Shown here: in pieces, positions 40,291 through 53,024 of the stretch | Position numbering within the stretch: position 1 is the stretch's first letter | Layout: the number at the start of each line of letters is the position of its first letter | Source of the DNA: Octopus sinensis | Taxonomy: Eukaryota | Direction: 5' to 3' | Assembly: GCF_006345805.1 (NCBI RefSeq) | Contig: NC_043009.1 | Location: forward strand, 40,238,001-40,302,000 | Length of the DNA: 64,000 nt | Notes under the pieces: model-generated | Told to the model about the DNA's origin: nothing | What the model saw: only the letters and a program-made list of their open reading frames with translations | Databases searched by the model: none | Program-made: the position numbers and the translations under genes

Positions 40291-40679
40291 ATGTATATCC
40301 ATGTGCGTCTGTGCTTGTTGTTAGAGGAATAACAACTATCTGATGCTGGGATAGATATAATTTCCCATGCAATAAACTCAGTGGTATATAGAATATCAGG
40401 TGTCTATGTGGATAGAGGTAATTCTAACACCCACTTCGATGTCAGCATGTTGTTAATAATTCTACAGAGGTTAGCGAACGCATCAGATTATGCCTTCTGC
40501 ACTTTCATGATTACTTGAACGAATATATATTATATGTTGGCTGTGTGGTACGTTGTTTGCTCTCTTGCCACATGATTTGGGGCTTAGTCCTTTTGCGTGA
40601 CTCCTGGGGTAAGAGCTTTCTGACATAGCTCTGGGTCGGCCCAACTTACTAGATATCAAATGGAAGTATTTAACACCAG

Positions 40680-41105
40680 ACACCGTTGTTCTTCAGCAAG
40701 CTAACACATCCAGTATTGAAATGATCCTGATACGCAATCAGAGGCGTTGGGTTGGGCACCTTGCTAGGATGCAGGATGACAAGTTGCCAAGGCAATTGTT
40801 TTACGGATAGTTGCAACGTGGCAAACGTCCTAGATATAAGACTAAGAAATGTTTTAGTGATGTTGTCAAAAGCAATCTTAAGGCTCTTAATGTGAAAGCT
40901 GAAAAATGGGAGCAGATGACGCAAGATCGATCGGTTTGGAAGCAAATGATCTACAATAGATGTAAAGCATTTGACTCGAAGAATTGAACATTCTGTCTTG
41001 AAACTAGTACTTCGTAGACAGGACTTAACTACAATCCCGGACATTTTTCTGCTTACAAATATTTGTAAGAGCTGCAGTAGAGTTTGTTTGTCAAGATCTC
41101 ATGAC
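40680..41105 (+). mobile_element. RTE-clade LINE 3' coding remnant
   Basis: RWVGHLARMQDDKLPRQLFYG*LQRGKR...WEQMTQDRSVWKQ, then CKSCSRVCLSR; typical RTE/BovB-like C-terminus, with a stop and frameshifts. Confidence 0.85.
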
Positions 41106-41347
41106 TATTTATTAAATGAGGAGATAGCTTTCTTCTGTAAAGAAGTGGCAATCATCCTCCTCCTCCTCCTCCTGCTCTTCCTCTTCATCGTCGTCCTCCT
41201 CCTCCTCATCATCGTCGTCCTCCTCTTCCTCCTCCTCATATAAATATATATATATATCTTTACAGAAAACAAAAGCTGAAGACAGGTGAAGGGACGTCAA
41301 AGCAGCAAGCAGGTGTATTAGTTTAATGCTCGGGAAGAATGGGAAAC

Positions 41348-41385
41348 CCTTTGACGTTTCGAGCCCACGCTTTTCAATAGAAAGG
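41348..41385 (-). ncRNA. Minimal hammerhead-like motif (family F)
   Basis: CCTTT-CTATTGA-A-AAGC-GTGG-GCTC-GAAAC-GTC-AAAGG. Confidence 0.55.
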
Positions 41386-41599
41386 ATTGAGATGAAATAA
41401 AAACGGTGAGAGAACGAAAAAAAAAAAAAAAAAAAAAAAAAACGAGAGGGAAAAATATGTGTAGTGATTAACAGTTCAATTTATATATAAGTATTTGTGA
41501 ACATATTTTTTAACTCTTGTACTTGTTTCAGTCATTTCACTGCGGCCATGCTGGTTCACACACACATACACACACACACACATGTGTGTGTGTGTGTGT

Positions 41600-41760
41600 G
41601 TGGTTTGTTTACGTCCGCGTAACCTAGCGGTTCCGCAAAAGAAACCGATAGAATAAGTACTAGACTTACAAAGAATAATTCCTGGGATCGATTTGATTCG
41701 ACTAAAGGCGAGACTCCAGCAATGCCGCAGTCAAATGACTGAAACAAATAACAGAAAAAA
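41600..41760 (+). mobile_element. SINE family B 3' half
   Basis: Matches the B tail. Confidence 0.75.
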
Positions 41761-41856
41761 GAAAAAAAGAAAGAATATATGTATTTATATTTGCATGCAT
41801 ACATATTTGAGTGCATTCTTTTATTCTTTTGTTCTTTTACTGGTCATTTGTATATA

Positions 41857-41902
<46 letters not shown>

Positions 41903-41905
<3 letters not shown>

Positions 41906-42095
41906 ATTGCAGCGTGGAAGGTGTTTATAAGCCATTTAAGAAACACACAAAAGCCGTTCGATCCACTTCAACATTTAAGTTTAATATTTTAGCGCCGAAA
42001 ATATTTTGACAAATTAAACTTAAATGTTGAAGTGGATCGAACGGCTTTTGTGTGTTTCTTAAATGGCTTATAAACACCTTCCACGCTGCAATTGT
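41903..42095. repeat. Perfect 83-bp inverted repeat in a family E copy
   Basis: 41903-41985 is the exact reverse complement of 42013-42095; 27-bp spacer. Confidence 0.95.
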
Positions 42096-42151
42096 TTTCG
42101 TTTCAGCACACGATCTCAGATCAAATTACTTGCTATGCGAGTACATCTCCG

Positions 42152-42190
<39 letters not shown>

Positions 42191-43108
42191 CTTTTTATCT
42201 TTTATTTGTTTTAGTCAGTAGACTGCAGCTAAACTAGGGTGCCGTCATGGCGGGTTTAGTCAAACCCTAATGTAAGCCTGGTATTTATTCTATATATCCT
42301 TTTTGACGATCTGTTAAGTTACGTTGGCATAAAGAAACCGGTACAAGTTATAAGTCAGTGGAATACGCTTGCCTAGGGTTCTACACAGTATGTAGTTGAG
42401 AAGCAAACTTCTTACCGCAGAGCCACATAGCCTGCGCCTAAGAATCTATAAATGTAAAAAACAGGCACACTGTCGCATTTATGTGTATATAAATAAATAT
42501 ATGCGCGTCTATATGTGTGTGTTCAGCGATTCATGTCACTTCCACAGTTGATAATGGCCAAGCGAAATAGATGCTTGGTAGAGTAAGGTACGATCTATAA
42601 GTAAGAAGCTGAAATATAGAATTAGTGTAGACACCAAAGCACGGTTGGAGCTCCCAAATGAAACATGTTGGTTTGGCGTATTTACATGAAGTGTTGGACA
42701 GGATTAAAGTAGAAGTGAATTCCACGTACATTCGTGTAAAGGGAGAGGAACTATATAGTGAATTTATTCATATCAGGATTTTGAAGAAAACCGATTGTTT
42801 TAATGGAAGAGACAAAGACGAAATCATGATTTATGAGTTGGCTGCTAACCACTACGATGGTTCTTCGGAGATGTCCGATTTGATGACAATGGTATCAGAA
42901 GGGTCTCCTAAAACCCTGAGATTTCTAGGAAGAAAACAATTGCCACAGATAGGAGGATAGATATAAAACATACGTCAGATAATAAAGCTGACAGTGAGGA
43001 TGTTATGCATCATCAATCAGAGGTACAATAGAATAAAACACATTGTCAGAAACCTTGTGCCGTGAGAATGGGGTTTCTTCAAACTTGGGTGGGGGAGCAT
43101 ACGTGCAA

Positions 43109-43530
43109 TATTTCTTATTTCTTTATTGCCCACAAGGGGCAAAATACAGAGGGGACAAACAAGGACAGGCAAACGGATTAAGTCGATTACATCGACCCCA
43201 GTGCGTAAATGGTATTTAATTTATCGACCCCGAAAGGATGAAAGGCAAAGTCGACCTCGGCGGAATTTGAGCTGTAAACGTAACGGTAGACGAAATACCT
43301 ATTTCTATACTGCCCACAAGGGGCTACACATAGAGGGACAAACAAGGCAGACAAATTGATTAAGTCGATTATATCAACCCCAGTGCGTAACTGGTACTTA
43401 ATTTATTAACCCCGAAAGATTGAAAGGCAAAGTCGACCTCGGCGGAATTTGAACTCAAAACGTAACAGTAGACGAAATACCGCGAAGCATTTCGCCCGGC
43501 TTGCAAACGTTTCTGCCAGCTCACCGCCTT
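43109..43530 (-). mobile_element. SINE family A head-to-tail dimer
   Basis: Full copy 43300-43530 joined to a head-truncated copy at gacgaaatacc|tatttc. Confidence 0.88.
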
Positions 43531-43921
43531 ACACTATTTCTACCGACCGAACTCCACTAAAGGTACTCAAGTACCAAGAGATGTTATTAAACAGGGAGGG
43601 TTACCGAGCTTTAACAGGACTCTGCTAGTTTATTGTGTTACCAGTACTAGAGAGGTTCTATTACAGAATATAGAGTCCATTCTATTCTCTACGGATCGTT
43701 CACAGAGCATAGTGACGAAATTTCTTGACGAGTACTCCTCGCTCTATTTGAAGAGTCGTCGATTCTTTCATAATACTTTCTGAAAGATTACAAATGGCTT
43801 GTATCAAGTATGCTTGAAAAGGAAAAAGAATGAGGGAGAAAGAGAGAGAGACAGGCAGACAAAGAAAGAGAAAGAACGTATTTGTGAGTTTGATGAGCGT
43901 GTGTGAAAGAGAGCGCGTAGG

Positions 43922-44410
43922 AAAGAAAAATGGAAGATATTTAAATGTAGGGTTATAGGCAACCTTTTTCGAGAAATGAGCCGTATGAGACAGTGCTAAA
44001 AATTTCAAGGTAATTCTTCTGTTCGAGTACCATTTATTATCTTCCTTGAGGCGCAGTTTTCTCATGACTGATCTAGAGATGGGAGAAGACAGTAAAGAAC
44101 AGAAATCTGAGAACGATTGACAGACAGAAAGAGAGAGGGAGTGAGAGAGAGATAGAGAGAGAGTGACAAAGAAAAATGGAAGATATTTAAATATGGGTTT
44201 ATGGGCAACCTTTTTCGAGAAATAAGCCGTATGAGACAGGGTTCATCCTCAGACGGGCCGAAGTACTAAAAATTTCAAGATAGTTCTTTTGTTCGAGTAC
44301 CATTTATTATCTTCCTTGAGCCGCAGTTTTCTCATGACTGATCTAGAGATGGAAGAAGACGGTAAAGAACAGAAATCTGAGAACGATTGACAGACAGAAA
44401 GAGAGAGGGA
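43922..44410. repeat. Tandem duplication, about 246-bp period
   Basis: Units start at 43922 and 44168; unit 2 has an extra 22-bp segment. Confidence 0.9.
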
Positions 44411-44412
44411 GA

Positions 44413-44448
<36 letters not shown>

Positions 44449-45020
44449 GATACAGATAGAGGAAGATGGAGTGATAGAGAGAGGTAGAGAGAGTCGGAGA
44501 GACAGCGAAAGAGGGATAGGAGGAAAGTAGAGATAGAGGAAGAAAAGATGGTGCGTAAGGGAAGACAAGTGAAAACGGAGGCAGCGGGTTACAAGTGAAG
44601 CTTCAAACCAAGACCTTGATGGTGAAGGTGAAAAAAAGAAAAAGAAACTTGGGGAGCTGGGAGAGCAGCAGGCGGTCCATCAAGACGAATTATAGCAAGC
44701 TGAAGATAAACATAGTATTTCTTGCCATTACTACCGACTGAGTGACTCATCAAGCTTTGGCCGTTTATAAGAATGTACTAATGCGGTTGGGGGGGGGGGG
44801 AGAAAAGAAAGGAGGGAGGGAGGGAGAGAGGGGGAGGAGATAAGAGAGAGGAAAGGAGGGAGAAAAAAAAAACACTACCGAGAAAGTGATGTTAATAGCT
44901 AAACACACACGCATACACACAACCACTAAGAGACAGACAGACAGACACAGACACACAGACACGCTCGCATACAGATAATATATATATATATATGTATACT
45001 CATTATATACGTATTTTTAC

Positions 45021-45077
<57 letters not shown>

Positions 45078-45182
45078 CAATATAATATACGTATATATAT
45101 ATTATATATATATAATATAATATACGTATATATATATATATAATGTGTATATATATATATATATACACACTCATTATATGTG

Positions 45183-45228
<46 letters not shown>

Positions 45229-45229
45229 G

Positions 45230-45262
<33 letters not shown>

Positions 45263-45583
45263 GAACATACAACTGCATATATACATATATATTTACATGC
45301 ACACATCCAAAACATACATGACTATGTGCATATCTACACATTTATTCACACATACATATGTGCATACACATATATCTACTTAGAAACCAGCTTATATACG
45401 TGCTGATCTCTGTGCATCCACGAATACACATGTACATAAAAACATACATAAATACAAACATAGATAAAAAGACATTTATGCATATATATGTGTATACATA
45501 TATATATATATTTACTGTGTTATCTCCAATGAAATTTGTTCAAACGTAGCCAACTACTTTCGTAGTAATACATGAGTATAGAG

Positions 45584-45692
45584 TTTTATTGAAAAATATT
45601 GATGCAACGATCGTTTCAAACTAAGTCATCATCAGACGCGCTGATAGTGACCTAAGGTCGAAACTTTTGTTGTGTCAATTTTGAAATAAAAA
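45584..45692. repeat. Back-to-back inverted pair of hammerhead-like motifs
   Basis: Minus CTGATGA-TGACTTAGTTT-GAAAC-GATC-GTT and plus CTGATAG-TGACC-TAA-GGTC-GAAAC, 5 nt apart, with similar downstream tails. Confidence 0.6.
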
Positions 45693-45896
45693 TATCCATA
45701 CATGCATACATACGTACGTCCCTGTGTGTAACCGCATACACAAATGCATCATACATGCATACACTCATACGCGCATTAATACTCATACATTAATGCTTAC
45801 AAACATGCGCTCACAAGCACATGCATGCACATACCTACACAATGCATAAACCTATAAACTCGTACATGTGTATGTACATATAAATATATACATATA

Positions 45897-47145
45897 CAGG
45901 GGTTGGACAAAATAATGGAAACACCGAGCACCATTTCATCATAATTTTGGAATATCTATAAAACCGTCAAAGCCTTGTTTATTTTTTATATTTTTTAATC
46001 TATTATTAGTGTTGCTCAATATTTTTTGCTAAAATTGCTGTTTCTTTCCAGATATCATCAGAAAAAGGTAATTAAAATTCGTTAAAATGACAGATATATC
46101 GGACTTTGAAACAGGTCAAATTGTTGGTGCTTGTATGGCAGGTGCTAGCGTAACGAAAACAGCCGTAAAGTTTGGTGTATCAAGAAATACTGTCTCGAAA
46201 GTAATGACAGCATTTGAGAAAGAGGGAAAAACCTCTTCGTCGAAACAAAACTCCGGAAGAAAACCAAAACTTTCAAATAGGGACCGTCCAACTCTTACGC
46301 GAATTGTTAGAAAGGATCACAAAAGTACAGCTCCCAAAATTATTGCAGAGCTTAATGACTACCCCGAGAACCCAGTTTCGCCGGGAACTGCACAAGACCG
46401 GATTTCACAGGAGGGCTGAAATCAGAACAACACTACTTTCAAAAACAAACGTTGCAAAGCGTTTAGAGTGGAGTAAAAGCCTACAGAATTGGTCCCTAGA
46501 ACAGTTGAAGAAAGTTATTTTCTCGGACGAGTCATCCTTTACCTTATTTCCGACTACCGGCCGAATATATGTGTGGAGACAGCGAAAAGAAGCATTTGAA
46601 CTAGAAAGCCGTCTTCCAACTGTTAAACATGGAGGAGGATCTGTGATGATCTGGCGGGGTGGGGGTGTGGATGGGGGCTATATCTTGGAAATTCCCGGCT
46701 CAATGGTTTCCCTTCATGGCAAAATTAATGGTCAAGAGTATTTAATCATTTTATCTGATCAAATTCCAGAGGGAAACGCAATCTTTCAGGATGATAATGC
46801 ACCAATTCACACAGCTAAAGTTGTTACTGAATGGCACGAGGAACATTCTAGTGAAGTTGAACATCTTATCTGGCCACCACAGTCCCCAGGTCTCAATATA
46901 GTTGAAAATTTATGGTGCATTTTAAAAAAACAATAAGGGGCCGATATCCTCCACCACCTAGAAGAACTGGAGACTGTTTTAGCTGAAAAAATGGACAAAA
47001 ATTCCTTTGGAAAAAATTCAAACTTTGTACGAGACCATACCTCATAGAATTCAAGCTGTAATTACTGCCAAAGGCGGTCCTACCCGATATTAAAATATAT
47101 TTGTTTGAAATTTTAAGGTGTCTCTATTATTTTCTCCTACCTCTA
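45897..47145 (+). mobile_element. Tc1-like transposon, DD36E spacing, frameshifted
   Basis: 29-bp imperfect TIRs, TA flanks, HTH ORF 46087-46419, catalytic FSDES, QDDNAPIH and SPGLNIVE with 36 residues between the second D and E. Confidence 0.92.
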
Positions 47146-47209
47146 TATATACTTCCTTATTTGCAATCTTCATACACACTAGCATGCCTACTAAGCAACA
47201 TATATAGAC

Positions 47210-47215
47210 AGATCA

Positions 47216-47310
<95 letters not shown>

Positions 47311-47381
47311 TATAGATAGATAGACAGATAGATAGATAGATAGATAGATAGGTAGATTGATAGATAGATAGATAGACAGGC

Positions 47382-47426
<45 letters not shown>

Positions 47427-47435
47427 CATAGATAC

Positions 47436-47512
<77 letters not shown>

Positions 47513-47515
47513 ATA
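47210..47515. repeat. (GATA)n microsatellite
   Basis: Directly visible. Confidence 0.95.
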
Positions 47516-47589
47516 CATGCATATACGCACACATGCACTTATCTCCTCCATGTATGCGTACTACATACAGAAATACGTACGTGCACACG

Positions 47590-47750
47590 CTATTTCTTCT
47601 GGCTTTTTATATTCTGAGTTCAAATTCCGCCGAAGTCAATTTTGCCTTTCATCCATCCACGTCGATGAAACAAAGTACCAGTCAACTACTGAGGTTGATA
47701 TAATCGACTCCATTCGCTCAAGATTACTAGCCTTGTGCCCTAGTTAGAAA
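47590..47750 (+). mobile_element. SINE family A (A2), partial
   Basis: gagttcaaattccgccgaagtc...tagccttgtgcc. Confidence 0.7.
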
Positions 47751-47967
47751 CAATACCTGCGACATAATGAATGTATTGTCTAACTTGACTACTTCGAGCC
47801 AATATAAGATCCACAAAAATTTAGGTAGCCAAGAATCAGTTGCTTGGCATGCTAGAAAGGGTAACCAAGTCTCCTGCAAATCTCAGGCCCTGTATCAAAA
47901 TGAAGATCAGATTAGATAGCAAATTCTTAGAAGGCATCATGCCTGAATATATATTATTACAGCTTTC

Positions 47968-48175
47968 AAATCTTGGCACAGGACTAGTAATTTCGAGGAA
48001 GAGTTTAAGTCGATAACATCGATCCTAGTGCTTGACTGGTCCTCATTTTATCGATTCCGGGAGGGTGAAAGGCAAAGTCGACCTCGGCGGAATTTGAACT
48101 CAGAACGTAACGGCAAACGAAATACCGCTAAGCATTATTGCCCGGAGTGTCAAAGATTCTGCCAGCTCAACACTT
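47968..48175 (-). mobile_element. SINE family A (A2)
   Basis: Matches 5122-5330. Confidence 0.8.
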
Positions 48176-48244
48176 TCTGAATGTATGTTAATATTGTCAT
48201 TGCATCGTTCACAAAGGGACTGCTAGATCAAAGCTAAATGACAA

Positions 48245-48600
48245 CGGGATTAAGTCGATTACATCGACCCCAGTGCGTTACTGGTACTTATTTAATCGAC
48301 CCCGAAAGGATGAAAGGCAAAGTCGACTTCAGCAGAATTTGAACTCAGAACGTAAGAGCAGACGAAATACCTATTTCTTTACTACCCACAAGGGGCTAGA
48401 CACAGAGGGGACAAACAAGGATAGACACACTGATTAAGTCGATTACATTGACCCAGTGCGTTACTGGTACTTATTTAATCGACCCCGAAAGGATGAAAGG
48501 TAAAGTCGACCTTGGCGGAATTTGAACTCAGAACGTAGCGGCAGACGAAATAGGGCTACGCATTTCGCCGGGCGTACTAACGTTTTAGCCAGCTCATCGC
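48245..48600 (-). mobile_element. SINE family A head-to-tail dimer
   Basis: Junction gacgaaatacc|tatttc at 48371/48372. Confidence 0.88.
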
Positions 48601-49419
48601 CCTCTCAGCAATGTATTTATATAAATATGATAAGCACACGGCATTTCTAATTTCATACTGCTTCTATTGCATATCATAAATATGTATTGAAGCGTGCAAC
48701 TATCCGTAATACCGGTGAATGTTTTTTGGCTGTTATCCTATATAACGTAGGTGCGAAATCTTGTTTAAGTATGTTGTTGGTTGTAAGTAAACACCATTAA
48801 CATGGCTCAAGAACACAAAAATAAGACGATTTTTGTGTCCTTCCTATACATATGTTTTTAAACAGAGCATTAGCCTTACCCTTGGCTACATTCACCCCAC
48901 CACACACACACACATACACACTTATCTGTACTCGTGCAAGAACATACATACACACACCGCCCGCATGGACACAGAATTTTCCGATCAAGATATGGTAGTA
49001 ATCCAAAATTAACGATGAACGCCATGTTAAAACAAAACAGGTTATATTAAATTAAATATTAATAGAAATTCACAATCTCTCCTTGAAGCTCACACACTTA
49101 CACACACACACACACACACACACATACACACACACACGAGTACACACGCCCAGACGTAATATTATAGGGGTAAATATTTTACAATCGTATCCAACACGTG
49201 TTGTGTGCGAAGAATTCAGCATGGGTGCCCAATAAAAGTAAAGAATTTGGCATAAAACAATAATAAAAGACTTATAAGTGCAATTAATACGCAAAGTCAC
49301 TTGAATATAGAACAAGGGATTATTTTTATTTTGAGAAAGGGATTTATGGCCGATCTATGGGTTACCCACTGTTTCACGTCTACAAAGCACTTAGCTTCTC
49401 CGCGTCTCCTCAGACCCCA

Positions 49420-49493
<74 letters not shown>

Positions 49494-49497
49494 ATAT

Positions 49498-49567
<70 letters not shown>

Positions 49568-49568
<1 letters not shown>

Positions 49569-49724
49569 GTCTTAGTGGTTAGGGTCTCAGCATTATGATC
49601 GTAAGATTGTGGTTTAGATTCCTGGGCCGGATGACGTGTTGTGTTCTTGAGCAAAACACTTCATTTCACGTTGCTCCAGTCCACTCAGCTGGCAAAAATG
49701 AGTAACGCTGCGATGGACTGGCGT
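49568..49724 (+). mobile_element. SINE family C partial; inverted copy of 50722-50878
   Basis: 157 bp, 2 mismatches, shares private variants. Confidence 0.9.
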
Positions 49725-50635
49725 GTACATATATGTTTATATATATGCATATGTTCTATTCTATTAACATATTATACGACTAAACGCACGCACCCTATTA
49801 AGTAAGATTGTTCTGTTTATCAAGTTAGCCTTGATATTAACTCTCACGCGACTCTGCATCTTTCTTTCTTTCTCTCCCATTCCCTTTTTCGTCTTTTTTC
49901 CCTCACTTAACTTGTCTCTTCCTCTCTCTCTCCCTTTCACCATTCTTCATGGTCTCCTCGCACCATTCCCCTTCTTCTCTCTCTTCCTCTTGCTCCTCCT
50001 CCCCCATTCCCGTCGTCCATCTGCGACGATACTTCCGTCGTAACTGCTATCCTGTCTTTTCTCGCCTGCCTTCTAAGGCTACTGGTCGACATTTTTTCTC
50101 TCTCGTCGTCCACTATAATCCAGCGTTTGCAATACTTTTTTCGTCTGGCGTTAACAGCCCTTCTTATCTTGTTCTCCTTGTCCTGTCTCTCACTGTTATA
50201 TATTTATTTTTCCACTGTTTATATTCATATTTTTTACTGTTTATATGTTTGTACTGTCGTTACCGTCTTGCTTTTTTTACCCCTCTGCGAAAAGATCTCA
50301 GAATTTTAATTGATTTGCTTTTCGCAGGAAGGAAGTTTTCTTCGAAGTATACGTCTCGCTTTTATCCTTCGAAACGTTTAGTAGATGAAACCTTAGCGAC
50401 TGAAGAAGGGGATTTTTCGTTGTGCTTATTGTCCTGTATCTCTTTTTTTTGCTTGTCTTGTTCCTTGGTTTGTGTCTATGTTTTTCGTCTCTCTATGTAT
50501 TCGACGTCTTTTTGGTGTCCTGTACACATATATGCGTGTATATGTACATGTAGAGGTAGGTACGTACATATATGTTTATATATATGCACATGTTCTATTC
50601 TATTAACATATATATATATATATATATATATAATA

Positions 50636-50885
50636 AATAAATGCGCCCTTTTAAAGCCTAGCCAGGCTCAAGGGCCCGGTTTCTCGGCTTCTATGGTGTA
50701 TATGTTCCCCTGCAGGACGGGACGCCAGTCCATCGCAGCGTTACTCATTTTTGCCAGCTGAGTGGACTGGAGCAACGTGAAATGAAGTGTTTTGCTCAAG
50801 AACACAACGCGTCATCCGGCCCAGGAATCTAAACCACAATCTTACGATCATAATGCTGACACCCTAACCACTAAGACACGCGCCT

Positions 50886-50888
<3 letters not shown>
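50636..50888 (-). mobile_element. SINE family C, full length
   Basis: Matches 5763-6020. Confidence 0.9.
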
Positions 50889-50962
<74 letters not shown>

Positions 50963-50999
50963 AACTTACTTGCAAATGAATGCGTTGCGTTAGATATAC

Positions 51000-52430
51000 A
51001 TTAACAGATAATAACTTTATTTATCAAAATATGCCATGAGGATGAAAATAAACATTCTTTTCTATAATGTTATTCAATAAAGCCACCTTCAGCTTCAATA
51101 ACTGCTTCTATAAGAGATCTAAATCCTCGACATGCTCGAATCAAGTGGTCTTGGTTCATTTTGGACATTACTCTGACTATGGCAGCTTTCAAAGAATCTT
51201 TGGTGTTATGGGCGTGTTCATTGATCTCTCCCTCAACAACGCTCCACATGTAATAGTCGAATGGATTGAGATCTGGGAAATTAGGAGCCCAAATATTAGG
51301 GGTTATGTGATCGGGAAAATTTTCAGCCATCCATTCCTGTGTTACTAGAGCCATGTATGATTGTGAAGAGTCTTACTGAAACACATATGGGCTTCCATTG
51401 CAAACACTGTCTATCCAGGGTTTGACAATTAACTGTAAAGCCTTGTGGAAAGAAGTAAGGCGGCATCACATGTCCTTCATTGCTGACAACCCCTAAAACC
51501 ATGACAGTTGCAGGAAATTTTGCATGCATAATACTTGGAACTTCAGAAGAGTCTACATATAATTATCTGTTATTTCTTCTGCTAACTTTTTGATCTTGGT
51601 CGAAGTTTTTCTCATTTCAGAAAAACCAAATCAAATCTTCTTCTGCTGGATTTTTCAGTTTGTTTAAGAGGAGTGGCTGTGTGGTAAGCAGCTTGCTAAC
51701 CAACCACATAGTTCCGGGTTCATACCCACTGCGTGGCACCTTGGAAAGTGCCTTCTACTATAGCCTCGGGCCAACCAAAGCCTTGTGAGTGGATTTGGTA
51801 GACGGAAACTGAAAGAAGCCCGTCGTATATATGTATATACATATGTGTGTGTGTATATGTTTCTGTGTGTCTGTGTTTGTCCCCCCAACATCGCTTGACA
51901 ACCGATGGTGGTCTGTTTACGTCCCCGTAACTTAGCAATTCGGCACAACAGACCGATAGAATAAGTACCAAGCTTACAAAGAATAAGTCCCAGGATGGCA
52001 GCAGTCATATCACTGAAACAAGTAAAAGACAGCCTTTTAGATCTGATTTAGTGATTTCCTTTTTCTTTTACCGACAAATTGACATTTCTTCATCATATAA
52101 AGCTTATATCCGATGTCTTCGTGGACAACATTTCTGACTGTTCCCTCTGACACATGGAGATATTTTGCAAGTGACCTCATGAACTATCTGGGATTGTAAT
52201 CAATGGTTGGTTGAACCTACTGGATAAATTCAGATGTTCTGATGATTTCAGAGTGTTTAGAATGCTTTTTATGCTTTGATACTGGTGATACGTTTCTATT
52301 TTCAGTCTCTAGCTCCTTACAAACTTTGCAGACGAATGATCTGGTAACTTTTAAGAATCGAGATATTTCTGAATCGCTATGCTCAGGTCTGCTATTATGA
52401 TTTTCTGAAGCAAAAATTATACAGAGTTAG
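51000..52430 (-). mobile_element. maT-like (DD37D) transposon pseudogene interrupted by a SINE
   Basis: N-terminal HTH region 52030-52420, KFPATVMVLGVVSNEG, D-x37-D (DSSQSY...PDLNPFD), C-terminus AVIEAEGGFIE*; TIRs not recognised. Confidence 0.88.
51668..52030 (+). mobile_element. SINE family B inserted in the maT transposase
   Basis: Removing it restores RSKRLLNKLKNP on the minus strand. Confidence 0.9.
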
Positions 52431-52455
52431 CAAAATGCACCAATGACCAAAACAT

Positions 52456-52579
52456 GTATACATATATATTATAATGTTGAATATACATATATATTATAGT
52501 ACACGTATACATATATATTATAATGTTGAATATACATATATATTATAGTACACGTATACATATATATTATAATGTTGAA
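52456..52579. repeat. 49-bp minisatellite, about 2.5 copies
   Basis: Units start at 52456, 52505 and 52554. Confidence 0.9.
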
Positions 52580-52991
52580 ATAAGTATATAATGCATTTAT
52601 CATTACATATTTATTTTAGTAACTAGGCCGATATAATTTGAAGTGTCACATTGTATTAGCTGCGCACACGTTATATATACATGCATATATACATATATAT
52701 ACATTATTCATACAAGCGCACACGAAGACACACATATGTACGTATGTGTGTGTGTATATATATATCTATATATATGTGTGTTTGTTCGTGTGTATGTATG
52801 ATTCTTTCTTATCATTTAACAATGGTATGAAATAGCTTTTGAAATTGTAAAATGTTTGTAAAATGTAATAATAATAACTTCTTGGCTTTGTGTGTGTGTG
52901 TGAGCATGTACTCTGTAAAAATATCTTCGAGATATAGCTAAATATAAACTGAGAGATATTTAATTATTTTTTCCACGAAGTAGGTAAATGC

Positions 52992-53024
<33 letters not shown>

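Noticed and set aside
49949-50761. 270-aa plus-strand ORF
   Set aside because: Runs through a pyrimidine-rich repeat, a TA tract and an antisense SINE C; no domain motif.
52456-52579. Spaced repeats as a CRISPR-like array
   Set aside because: Simple tandem minisatellite with no unique spacers, in eukaryotic DNA.
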